Shown in pieces: positions 56,611 through 64,000 of a stretch of DNA of 64,000 nucleotides. Below the pieces are notes generated by a model. The model saw only the letters and a program-made list of their open reading frames with translations, did not search any database and was not told where the DNA came from. Within the stretch, counting starts at the first letter, position 1, and each line of letters begins with the position of its first letter. Both the position numbers and the translations under genes were made by a program. Source of the DNA: Corallococcus exiguus (GTDB lineage Bacteria > Myxococcota > Myxococcia > Myxococcales > Myxococcaceae); the NCBI RefSeq assembly GCF_017302975.1, contig NZ_JAFIMT010000003.1; one strand, given 5' to 3'.

Positions 56611-58263
56611 CTAGAGGGGCGGCACCGCCAGGACGAGCCCCTGGGGAGGAAGAACGCGCCCCTGGGCATTCTCGCCTCTCCAGGAGACCAGGGTGCCGTC
56701 CTGCTTGAGCACCATGCCCCAGACTCCATCCTTGATGGTCACGACCTGCGCGACCTGGGACAGGGCCTCCGTGGGCAGGTCGCACTCGCCGTAGCCACCG
56801 CCCCAGCAGTGCACCTGGCCCGACTTCGTGAGGGCATAGCTGTGCACCATGCCGCCCCCCACGGAGACGACCTTCGAGAGGTCCGTGGGGACGGAACCTT
56901 CACCGTGGAAGTTGGACCCCCAGCCCGTCACGGTGCCATCCCTCTTGAGGACCACGGTGTGGTTGCCCGCCGCCGCGACCTCCGCCACGCCCGAGAGGCC
57001 CACGGGCACCGTCGCCGCGTCTTGCTCATTGCCGCCCCAGGCATCCACGAAGCCGTCCTTCCTCACCACGACCACGTGGGTCTGGCCTCCTTCGATTCCC
57101 ACCACGTCCTTCACCCGCTGGGGAACTTCGAGTTCCGAATTCGCGGGCAAGCTCCAACGGAGGACCGTCCCATTCGCCCGGAGCACGAAGCAGGCATAGC
57201 GCGCGCAGGCCACGGCCACGCCGTCGCCCACGGGAGGAGGATTGAGGACCCCTGCTTCATTGCCCCACAGCTTCACCGAGCCGTCTGCCTTCAGCAGAGC
57301 GCTGTGGTAGGTCCCAAGCGCGACGCTGACTCCGCCCCCCACCTGCGGGGGATTCTCGATGGCCGGCCCTTGTCCCCACGTCACGAGGGTGCCGTCAGGC
57401 CGGATGCCCGCGCCCATGGAGTTCTGGACGCTCACCGTCCGGGCCCGCAGGACGCGCACCGAGCCCGTGACGGCCGGACGCCAGGACGCCTCCATCGTCA
57501 CCACCACCGGCTGATCCCCGGAAGCGACCGACGCGGCCACCCGGGCGGCGATCTTCCCGTCCGTCCAAGAGAAGTACTCCGCGACCGGAACGCCACCCAC
57601 CGTCACCGAGCTCTCGCCACGCACCATCCCGAAGGACCCGCCCGTGAGCGTGAGGACGCCGCCCTGCACGGACAACATGGGGAAGGTGACCGCCGGGGCT
57701 CCCGCGCGGGCCAGCACGAAGTCCACGGAGTGGGTCTCATCGCGCACCACCACCAGGTCCTTCGAGTCCTGCGTGTAGTGGTCCAGGTGCGCCACCACGG
57801 TCCGGGAGCCCGGGAGCACCGCGGGCAGCGTGAAGGCGCCCTGCGCGTCCGTCACCGCGCTGATTTCGGTGCCAGGGATGGAGACACGCACCCCCGCCGG
57901 AGAGCTCTTGTCCTCCATGCGGACGGTCCCCGTCACGTGCCCCACCGCGAGCATCAGCGTGAACGACACCTCCGCCGTCGCTTCGGCCTTGATCACCACC
58001 GGCTTCGAGCTGTCGGCGTAGTCCGCGTGGGACGCCACCAGCGTGTGGCCACCGGCCTTCAGGTTCGACAGGGTGAACGCGCCCTGCGCATCCGACGTGG
58101 CCACGGTGTCCGTGCCGTCCGCGCGCACCTGGACGCCCGCCAGTGCGTCGCCGCTCTCGGTCGTGACGTGTCCCCGCACCTCGCCCATTTCGTCATCGGT
58201 GCCACAGGCGGACAGCACGGCCACGAGCAGCGCACAGAGCACGGCCCTTCTCATCATCATCAT
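56611..58263 (-). CDS. Lipoprotein with CarboxypepD_reg-like domains plus RCC1-like beta-propeller repeats, about 550 aa
   Basis: Lipobox AVLSAC. The repeated GQVHCWG/VTGWGSN-type motifs are typical of RCC1. A run of four ATGs is present (catcatcatcat, 58252-58263). Confidence 0.7.
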   Translation of the reverse strand: MMMMRRAVLCALLVAVLSACGTDDEMGEVRGHVTTESGDALAGVQVRADGTDTVATSDAQGAFTLSNLKAGGHTLVASHADYADSSKPVVIKAEATAEVSFTLMLAVGHVTGTVRMEDKSSPAGVRVSIPGTEISAVTDAQGAFTLPAVLPGSRTVVAHLDHYTQDSKDLVVVRDETHSVDFVLARAGAPAVTFPMLSVQGGVLTLTGGSFGMVRGESSVTVGGVPVAEYFSWTDGKIAARVAASVASGDQPVVVTMEASWRPAVTGSVRVLRARTVSVQNSMGAGIRPDGTLVTWGQGPAIENPPQVGGGVSVALGTYHSALLKADGSVKLWGNEAGVLNPPPVGDGVAVACARYACFVLRANGTVLRWSLPANSELEVPQRVKDVVGIEGGQTHVVVVRKDGFVDAWGGNEQDAATVPVGLSGVAEVAAAGNHTVVLKRDGTVTGWGSNFHGEGSVPTDLSKVVSVGGGMVHSYALTKSGQVHCWGGGYGECDLPTEALSQVAQVVTIKDGVWGMVLKQDGTLVSWRGENAQGRVLPPQGLVLAVPPL

Positions 58264-58507
58264 GTGGATTCTTCCCGGTTGAGGGCGCAATGCGCCCGGT
58301 CAGTCTGGTGAGGCCGCTTCGGGCACGACTCCCCGGAGCGACTTCCACCGAACGCACTGCGCGTTCAAAATTGACCATTCACGCGGATACCGCCGGGAAT
58401 GTTTTTTTTGCCGGTTTCTCAAGACCTGCGCGGCCGTTCGGAAGCGGCCTGGAGCTGCATCCATCCAGGCCGCCTCTTCACTTCACCGCGACGTCATTCC
58501 CACGCTT

Positions 58508-60904
58508 CTAGCGGGGCGGCACGACCACGACGAGCCCACCGGGAGGACGATTGAAGCCGTAGGTGGTCCCCCAGCTCACCAGGGTCCCGTCCTGCTTGAG
58601 CGCGATGGATCCCGCCCCGTCCCCGATGTTGATCACCTCCGCCACGCCGGTCAGCCCCGCGGGGACGTTGCAGCGCCCGCCGTCGTTGTTGCCCCAGCAC
58701 GACACCGTGCCGTCCTTCTGGAGGGCGTAGCTGTGGAACTGGCCGGCGGCGACGGAGACGACGTTCGTGAGGTTCCCGGGGACGTTGCCCTCGCCATAGA
58801 CGTTGGAGCCCCACGCCGCCACGGTGCCGTCCTGGCGCAGCGCCACGTTGTGGAAGCCCGCGGGCGCCACCGCCACGACGTTCGTGAGGTTCGCCGGCAC
58901 CTTCGTGGCGTCGTAGCTGCCCTGCCCCCAGGCCACCGCGCGGCCATCCTTCGTGACGGCGACGACGTGGCTGAAGCCGCCGTGGATGCCCACCACGTCC
59001 TTCAGCCCGGCGGGCGGGGAGTCCTCGCCATAGACGCTGGCGCCCCACTTCGTAAGGGTGCCATCCGATCGGAGCACGAACCGGGTCAGTCCGGCCGCGG
59101 CCACGGCGACGCCGTCATCCACGTCGGGCCGGCCTTCGTTCCTCGAACCCCACGACGCCACGGAGCCGTCCTTCAGCAGCGCGACGCCCTGGAGCCAGAC
59201 CGCCCCGACGCTCACCACGCCTTTCAGGTCCCCCAGGCCCGAGGGCGTGCTGCCCCAGGCCGCGACGGTCCCATCCGTCCGGACGGCCACGCCCCAGTCG
59301 TTGGCCGCGCTCACGGTCTGGGCCCGAAGGACGCGCACCGAGCCGGAGACCGCGGGACGCCAGGGGGCAGCCATCGTCACCACCACCGGCTGCTCACCCG
59401 AGGCGAGCGACGCGGGGACCTGGGCGACAATCTTCTCCTCCGTCCAGGTGGAGTACTCCGTCACCGTGACCCCGCCCACCGTCACGGAGCTCGCGCCGCG
59501 CGTAAAGCCGAAGGGCCCGCCCTTGAGCACGAGGGCGCCGCCCTGCACCGACAGCATGGGGAAGGTGACCGCGGGAGCGCCCTCCACCCGGGCCAGCTCG
59601 AAGTCCGCCTGGCGCGACTCGTCGCGCACCACCGTCACGGCCTGCGTGGCCTGCGTGTAGTGGCTCTTGCGCGCCGTCACCGTCTGGGGGCCCGTGGGCA
59701 CCGCGAACAGCGTGTAGACGCCCTGCGCGTTCGTCACCGCGGTCTCGCTGGTGCCGGAGACGGAGATGAGCACGCCCTCCGGTGAGCTGTTGTCCGACAG
59801 GCGGACGGTGCCCTCCACGCGGCCCACCTGGTGCGTCAGCGTGAGCGACACCGTCGCCGGCAGGCCCGCGAGGACCGTCACCTCCGCCTCCCGGGTGACG
59901 TAGTCCGCCTTCGCCGCCTGGAGGCGCCAGACGCCCGTCTTCACGTAGCCCAGCACGAACGAACCGGACGCATCCGTGGTGGTGCTCGCGTCCGTGCCGA
60001 TGATGGAGACGGTGATGCCCTCGTGCGAGCTGGCCCCGTCGAGCAGCACCTTCCCCTCCACCCGGCCCGCCGCGCGCGTCAGCGTGAGCGCCACCGTCGC
60101 CGCGGCGTCCGCGTGCACCTCCACCTCCTCCTCCCGGGCGACGTAGTCCGCCTGAGACGCGACGATGCGCCAGGTGCCCGTCTTCACGTTCTCCAGCGCG
60201 AACGCGCCGGACGCATCCGTCGTCGCGGTCGCGGTCGTGCCCTGGAGCGACACGGTGATTCCCTGGTGCGACGCCGCGTCGTCGAAGCGGACCGTCCCGG
60301 CGATGCGGCTCGTCGCGCGCGTCAGGGTGAGCGCCACGGAGGCCGTCTCGTCCGTGCGCACGGTGACCGCAGCCTCCTTCGCGACGTAGTCCGCCTTCGA
60401 TACGACGATGCGCCACGCCCCCCGCCGCACGTGCTCCAACGCGAACGCACCGGACGCATCCGTCGTCGCGCTCAGGCCCGTGCCCTCGAGCGTGACGGTG
60501 ATGCCCTCATGGGAGCTCGCATCGTCGAGCTGGACGGTTCCCGCCACACGGCCCTCCGACAGAGCCAGCACGAGCGTCACCGTCGCCGTCTCGTCCGCCT
60601 TCACCTCCACCGGCTGGGTGGCGGGCAGGTAGTCCTTCCGGGACGCCACGATGGAATGCGCGCCGGGCTTCAACCCGTACAGGGTGAACGTGCCCTGGGC
60701 ATCCGTGGTGGCGCTGGCATCCGTGCCCTCGGCCTTGACCAGGACGCCCGCCAGCGTCTGCCCGTCTTCCGTCCGCGTCGTCCCCGCGACCTTGCCCGTC
60801 TGGATGACGGGGCTGCCAGGGTCCGCAGGCGCATCCTTCGGATCGCAGGCGCACACAAACGCCAGGAGCAGCGCACAGAGCGCGCTCCGTCGATTCATCT
60901 TCAT
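58508..60904 (-). CDS. Paralogous lipoprotein of 798 aa with about six CarboxypepD_reg-like domains plus RCC1-like repeats
   Basis: Lipobox AFVCAC. The internal repeats are ...ADYVAKEAAVTVRTDETASVALTL... The C-terminal RCC1-like region resembles the 56611 gene. Confidence 0.7.
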   Translation of the reverse strand: MKMNRRSALCALLLAFVCACDPKDAPADPGSPVIQTGKVAGTTRTEDGQTLAGVLVKAEGTDASATTDAQGTFTLYGLKPGAHSIVASRKDYLPATQPVEVKADETATVTLVLALSEGRVAGTVQLDDASSHEGITVTLEGTGLSATTDASGAFALEHVRRGAWRIVVSKADYVAKEAAVTVRTDETASVALTLTRATSRIAGTVRFDDAASHQGITVSLQGTTATATTDASGAFALENVKTGTWRIVASQADYVAREEEVEVHADAAATVALTLTRAAGRVEGKVLLDGASSHEGITVSIIGTDASTTTDASGSFVLGYVKTGVWRLQAAKADYVTREAEVTVLAGLPATVSLTLTHQVGRVEGTVRLSDNSSPEGVLISVSGTSETAVTNAQGVYTLFAVPTGPQTVTARKSHYTQATQAVTVVRDESRQADFELARVEGAPAVTFPMLSVQGGALVLKGGPFGFTRGASSVTVGGVTVTEYSTWTEEKIVAQVPASLASGEQPVVVTMAAPWRPAVSGSVRVLRAQTVSAANDWGVAVRTDGTVAAWGSTPSGLGDLKGVVSVGAVWLQGVALLKDGSVASWGSRNEGRPDVDDGVAVAAAGLTRFVLRSDGTLTKWGASVYGEDSPPAGLKDVVGIHGGFSHVVAVTKDGRAVAWGQGSYDATKVPANLTNVVAVAPAGFHNVALRQDGTVAAWGSNVYGEGNVPGNLTNVVSVAAGQFHSYALQKDGTVSCWGNNDGGRCNVPAGLTGVAEVINIGDGAGSIALKQDGTLVSWGTTYGFNRPPGGLVVVVPPR

Positions 60905-61072
60905 GTCTGAGCTCTTCCGGGTGGGGGACGGGGCCGCGTCCGGCTATTCACTGATGGCGCTGGGTCACGGGAAACCGGCCCGCGTGTCCTATGCCACCCA
61001 TCCGACGTACCGTGTGAGCATCAATTCACTCCAGCTCCGGAAAGTTGCCGGGCGCAACGACCGTCCCCGCCG

Positions 61073-62266
61073 TCAGCCCAGCGCCGCGACAAAATCCCGC
61101 AAGCGCGTCAGGCCCTTCTGCAGCACCTCGCGCGAGGTGACGAAGCTCATGCGGAGGTAGCCCGGCGCGCCGAACGGATCTCCCGGCACGGCCGCCACGA
61201 GGAAGTCGTTGAGCAGCGCCTCGGAGAGCTGGAGCGAGTCCGTCAGCGGCTTGCCCTTGTACGGCCTGCCCAGCAGGCCCCGCACATCCGCCATCGCGTA
61301 GAAGGCGCCTTCCGGCAGCCGGCAGCGGACGCCGGGGATGGCGTTGAGCCCCGCGACGAACAAGTCCCGGCGCTCGCGGTACTCGTTCACCATCGCGGTG
61401 ATGGTGTCCGTGGGGCCGTTGAGCGCCGCCAGCGCCGCCTTCTGGGTGATGGAGGAGGCGTTGGACGTGGACTGGTCCTGCACCAGCTGCATGCCGGAGA
61501 TGAGCGCTTTGGGCCCCGCCGCGTAGCCCAGCCGCCAGCCCGTCATCGCGTGGGACTTGGACAGGCCGTTGGACACCAGCAGCCGCGGCACCAGGTCCGG
61601 CGCCACGTTGCCCAGGTTGAGGAACGGCTCCCCCGTGTAGAGGAGCTTCTCGTACATGTCGTCGGTGACGATGATGCAGTCATGGCCGCGCACCGCGTCG
61701 GCGATGCCCTCCAGCGTGGCGCGCGAGTACACCGCGCCCGTGGGGTTGGCCGGGCTGTTGAGCACGATGGCGCGCGTGCGCGGGGTGAGCGCCTTCTTGA
61801 TGGCGGCGGGGTCCGGCGCGTATCCGTCCTCCTCGCGCGTGGGGACGATGACCGGCGTGCCGCCCGCCAGGTGCACCATGTCCGGGTAGCTCACCCAGTA
61901 CGGCGCGAAGATGATGACCTCGTCGCCTTCGTCCAGCAGCGCCTGGAAGCAGTTGTAGAGCGACTGCTTGCCGCCCGCCGTCACCACCACCTGATCCACC
62001 GCGTACTTCAGGCCGTTGTCCTTCTCCAGCTTGCGGCAGACGGCCTCGCGCAGCTCCGGCATGCCCGCGGTGGCGGTGTACTTGGTGAAGCCCGTGCGGA
62101 GCGCGTCGATGGCCGCCTGCTTCACGAACTCCGGCGTGTCGAAGTCCGGCTCACCGGCGGCGAGCACCACCACGTCCTTGCCACCGGCGGCGAGCGCCTT
62201 GGCGCGGGCGTTGAGGGCCAGGGTGGCGGAGGGCTTGATGGCTTGCAGCCGGCGGGCGAGTTTCAT
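61073..62266 (-). CDS. Aspartate/aromatic aminotransferase (class I/II)
   Basis: MKLARRLQAIKPSATLALNARAKALAAGGKDVVVLAAGEPDFDTP... ATG at 62266. Confidence 0.85.
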   Translation of the reverse strand: MKLARRLQAIKPSATLALNARAKALAAGGKDVVVLAAGEPDFDTPEFVKQAAIDALRTGFTKYTATAGMPELREAVCRKLEKDNGLKYAVDQVVVTAGGKQSLYNCFQALLDEGDEVIIFAPYWVSYPDMVHLAGGTPVIVPTREEDGYAPDPAAIKKALTPRTRAIVLNSPANPTGAVYSRATLEGIADAVRGHDCIIVTDDMYEKLLYTGEPFLNLGNVAPDLVPRLLVSNGLSKSHAMTGWRLGYAAGPKALISGMQLVQDQSTSNASSITQKAALAALNGPTDTITAMVNEYRERRDLFVAGLNAIPGVRCRLPEGAFYAMADVRGLLGRPYKGKPLTDSLQLSEALLNDFLVAAVPGDPFGAPGYLRMSFVTSREVLQKGLTRLRDFVAALG

Positions 62267-62347
62267 GCGCCCTGCGTAGCGCGGAACTCCCGAGCCGGAC
62301 AAGCCCGCTCGCGCGCCGCGGGGGCCGGCTGCCCCTCCGGAACGATC

Positions 62348-62830
62348 CTAGGGTTTCGGGCCGAACTTCTTCTTCAGCCCCGCGTTGACGTTCGGGGGAA
62401 CGAGCCCATCCACGTTCCCCCCGAAGGTCGCGACCTCCCGGACCAGCTGCGAGGAGATGTAGAAGTAGTCCTCACCCGTCATCATGAAGACGGTGTCGAT
62501 GTCCGGCGCCAGCTTGCGGTTCATGTTCGCCAGCTGGAACTCGTATTCGAAGTCCGACACCGCGCGCAGTCCGCGGATGACGACGCTCACGTTGCGCTGG
62601 TGCACGTAGTCCACGAGCAGCCCGTGGAAGGCGTCCACCTCCACGCGGGGGTCGTTCACCGCTTCACGGATGAGCTCGATGCGCTCCTCCTGGCTGAAGA
62701 GGGGCGTCTTCTTCGGGTTCACCGCGATGGCGACGATGAGCCGGTCGAACATCTTCAGGCTGCGCTGGATGAGGCTCAGGTGCCCGTTGGTGAGCGGATC
62801 GAACGAACCAGGATAGATGGCGACCGGCAT
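62348..62830 (-). CDS. coaD: Phosphopantetheine adenylyltransferase
   Basis: [24 protein letters not shown]..., 160 aa. Confidence 0.9.
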   Translation of the reverse strand: MPVAIYPGSFDPLTNGHLSLIQRSLKMFDRLIVAIAVNPKKTPLFSQEERIELIREAVNDPRVEVDAFHGLLVDYVHQRNVSVVIRGLRAVSDFEYEFQLANMNRKLAPDIDTVFMMTGEDYFYISSQLVREVATFGGNVDGLVPPNVNAGLKKKFGPKP

Positions 62831-62877
62831 GGGTGCGTTGAAGTCTCGGCGGGCCCACGGGGCCGGTCAAGCGCACG

Positions 62878-63435
62878 TCACGGGGCCCGGTAGAAGCTCA
62901 CCAGGGTGTCCCCGAAGCGGCGCTGGTCCTCCAGGGCGAGCCCCAAGTGGGCCTCCGGGGCCGCTTCCCGCTTGTCGTGCTCCACCATCACCGTGCCGCC
63001 CGGCGTCACCACGCCCGCGGCCACCACCGCCTCCAGCACCGTCTCCACCACGCGCGCCGCGTAGGGTGGATCCGCGAAGACGAGCTCGAACTTCTCGCCC
63101 TTCTTGCCCAGCGTCTCCAGCGCGCGGACCACGGGCTGCGCCAGGATGGACACCTGGGCGGCGAAGCCCAGCGCGTCGGTGTTCTTGCGGCACAGGGCCA
63201 GGGCCTCGCGGTCCTGGTCCACCAGCACCAGCCTCCCTGCGCCCCGCGACAGGGCCTCCAGCCCCAGGGCGCCAGTGCCCGCGTACAGGTCCAGCACGGC
63301 CTGGCCGTCCAGGAACTGGCCCAGCATGTTGAAGATGGTTTCCCGGACCCGGTCCGCCGTGGGGCGGATATGTGCGGACGACGGCTTGGGCCCCGTCAGG
63401 GCCCGACCCTTCGCGCTGCCTGCAACGATGCGCAT
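62878..63435 (-). CDS. rsmD: 16S rRNA (guanine966-N2)-methyltransferase RsmD, 185 aa
   Basis: MRIVAGSAKGRALTGPKPSSAHIRPTADRVRETIFNML...DLYAGTGALGLEALSRGA...FADPPY. ATG at 63435. The track ORF is over-extended. Confidence 0.85.
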   Translation of the reverse strand: MRIVAGSAKGRALTGPKPSSAHIRPTADRVRETIFNMLGQFLDGQAVLDLYAGTGALGLEALSRGAGRLVLVDQDREALALCRKNTDALGFAAQVSILAQPVVRALETLGKKGEKFELVFADPPYAARVVETVLEAVVAAGVVTPGGTVMVEHDKREAAPEAHLGLALEDQRRFGDTLVSFYRAP

Positions 63436-63445
63436 GCGCGCCCTT

Positions 63446-64000
63446 CTAGCCCAGGTCCCCGCCCGGCTTCGCGAGGAACGCCATGGCCACCGACGAGGAC
63501 CGGTGCGCCCCCAACGCCACCAGCGCCTCCGTGGCCTCCGCGAAGGACAGCGCCTCCAGCGTCTCCCGGGCAGCGGACGACAGGGGCGGCAGCCCCTCCT
63601 CCAGCACGGACAGCAGCTCCCCGGCCGGCATGCCCGCCGCCTGGGCCCGCGCCACCACCGGCTCGCGCACCTCTGGAGGCCAGGCGCGCAGGGCCAGCGG
63701 ACCGAAGGGCCCTCCCCGGTCCACCTTGCGCACGCCCACGGCCACGTAGCTGGACAGCCCCCGCGCGGGCCCGGTGGAGGACTCCGCCACCGCCACCGCC
63801 ACGCCCTTCCCCGCGGCCGTCTCCACCACCTGCCGCAAGAGCTCCACGTCCAGCTCGCCCTCACCCAGCTGGGCGTCCGACACGCGCAGGAAGCGCAGCG
63901 GGACCTGCCACTGCGCCAGCCCCTCCAGCAGCGTCGCGCACGCGTCCACCAGCCCGCCGGAGGACAGCTGGGGCGGGGACACCTCCAGCGACAGCTCGCG
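63446..64000 (-). CDS. Hypothetical protein, truncated at the window end
   Basis: The frame stays open on the minus strand to position 64000. I recognise no family. Confidence 0.35.
   Translation of the reverse strand, partial: RELSLEVSPPQLSSGGLVDACATLLEGLAQWQVPLRFLRVSDAQLGEGELDVELLRQVVETAAGKGVAVAVAESSTGPARGLSSYVAVGVRKVDRGGPFGPLALRAWPPEVREPVVARAQAAGMPAGELLSVLEEGLPPLSSAARETLEALSFAEATEALVALGAHRSSSVAMAFLAKPGGDLG

Overview
This is a high-GC (about 70%) myxobacterial-type chromosomal window. By read-through homology of the translated ORFs it contains two separate contractile-nanomachine loci plus an accessory island, followed by core housekeeping genes.

(1) Positions 1-13683, minus strand: a phage-tail-like contractile injection system (eCIS/tailocin-like) operon of 12 tightly coupled genes, most junctions being ATGA or GTGA overlaps. 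It comprises an operon-first unknown protein, a sheath, two gp19-like tube proteins, a Zn-ribbon protein, two small conserved proteins, a gpX-like LysM protein, a gpD/gp27-like hub, a gp25-like protein, a fused gp6/J-like baseplate protein of 1255 aa, and a truncated Gly/Thr-rich gene that was not in the ORF track. I see no capsid, terminase or integrase genes.

(2) Positions 13956-20149, plus strand: an intervening block containing a DUF1622 membrane protein, an orphan cytoplasmic triple-PAS histidine kinase, a secreted protein, a degenerate adenylate-forming-enzyme-like protein, and an orphan DUF4280 (PAAR-like) spike-tip protein.

(3) Positions 20151-36659: a T6SS-like cluster in non-canonical order. 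On the minus strand: tssF, vgrG, tssE, tssG, a TssA-like gene, an unknown gene in the Hcp position, tssC and tssB. On the plus strand: tssK, a gp5-C-like repeat protein, tssL, a small ORF, tssM and tssJ. No ClpV and no canonical Hcp are recognisable in the window.

(4) Positions 36669-45264: a 1952-aa lipoprotein with roughly 18 Ig-like repeats and a MYXO-CTERM tag, translationally coupled to a gpX-like-LysM/lipase_3 putative effector and an unknown partner.

(5) Positions 45270-48840: a visibly lower-GC accessory island carrying a LysM protein, a possibly frameshifted lipoprotein and a toxin/immunity-like pair.

(6) Positions 48871-64000: core genes, namely a rhomboid-TPR protease, carB, three paralogous CarboxypepD_reg/RCC1 lipoproteins, an aspartate aminotransferase, coaD and rsmD.

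No rRNA, tRNA, CRISPR array or transposase was seen. Many long antisense ORFs in the track are high-GC artefacts. Several track ORFs are over-extended at the 5' end; I give corrected starts, each checked against the nucleotide sequence.
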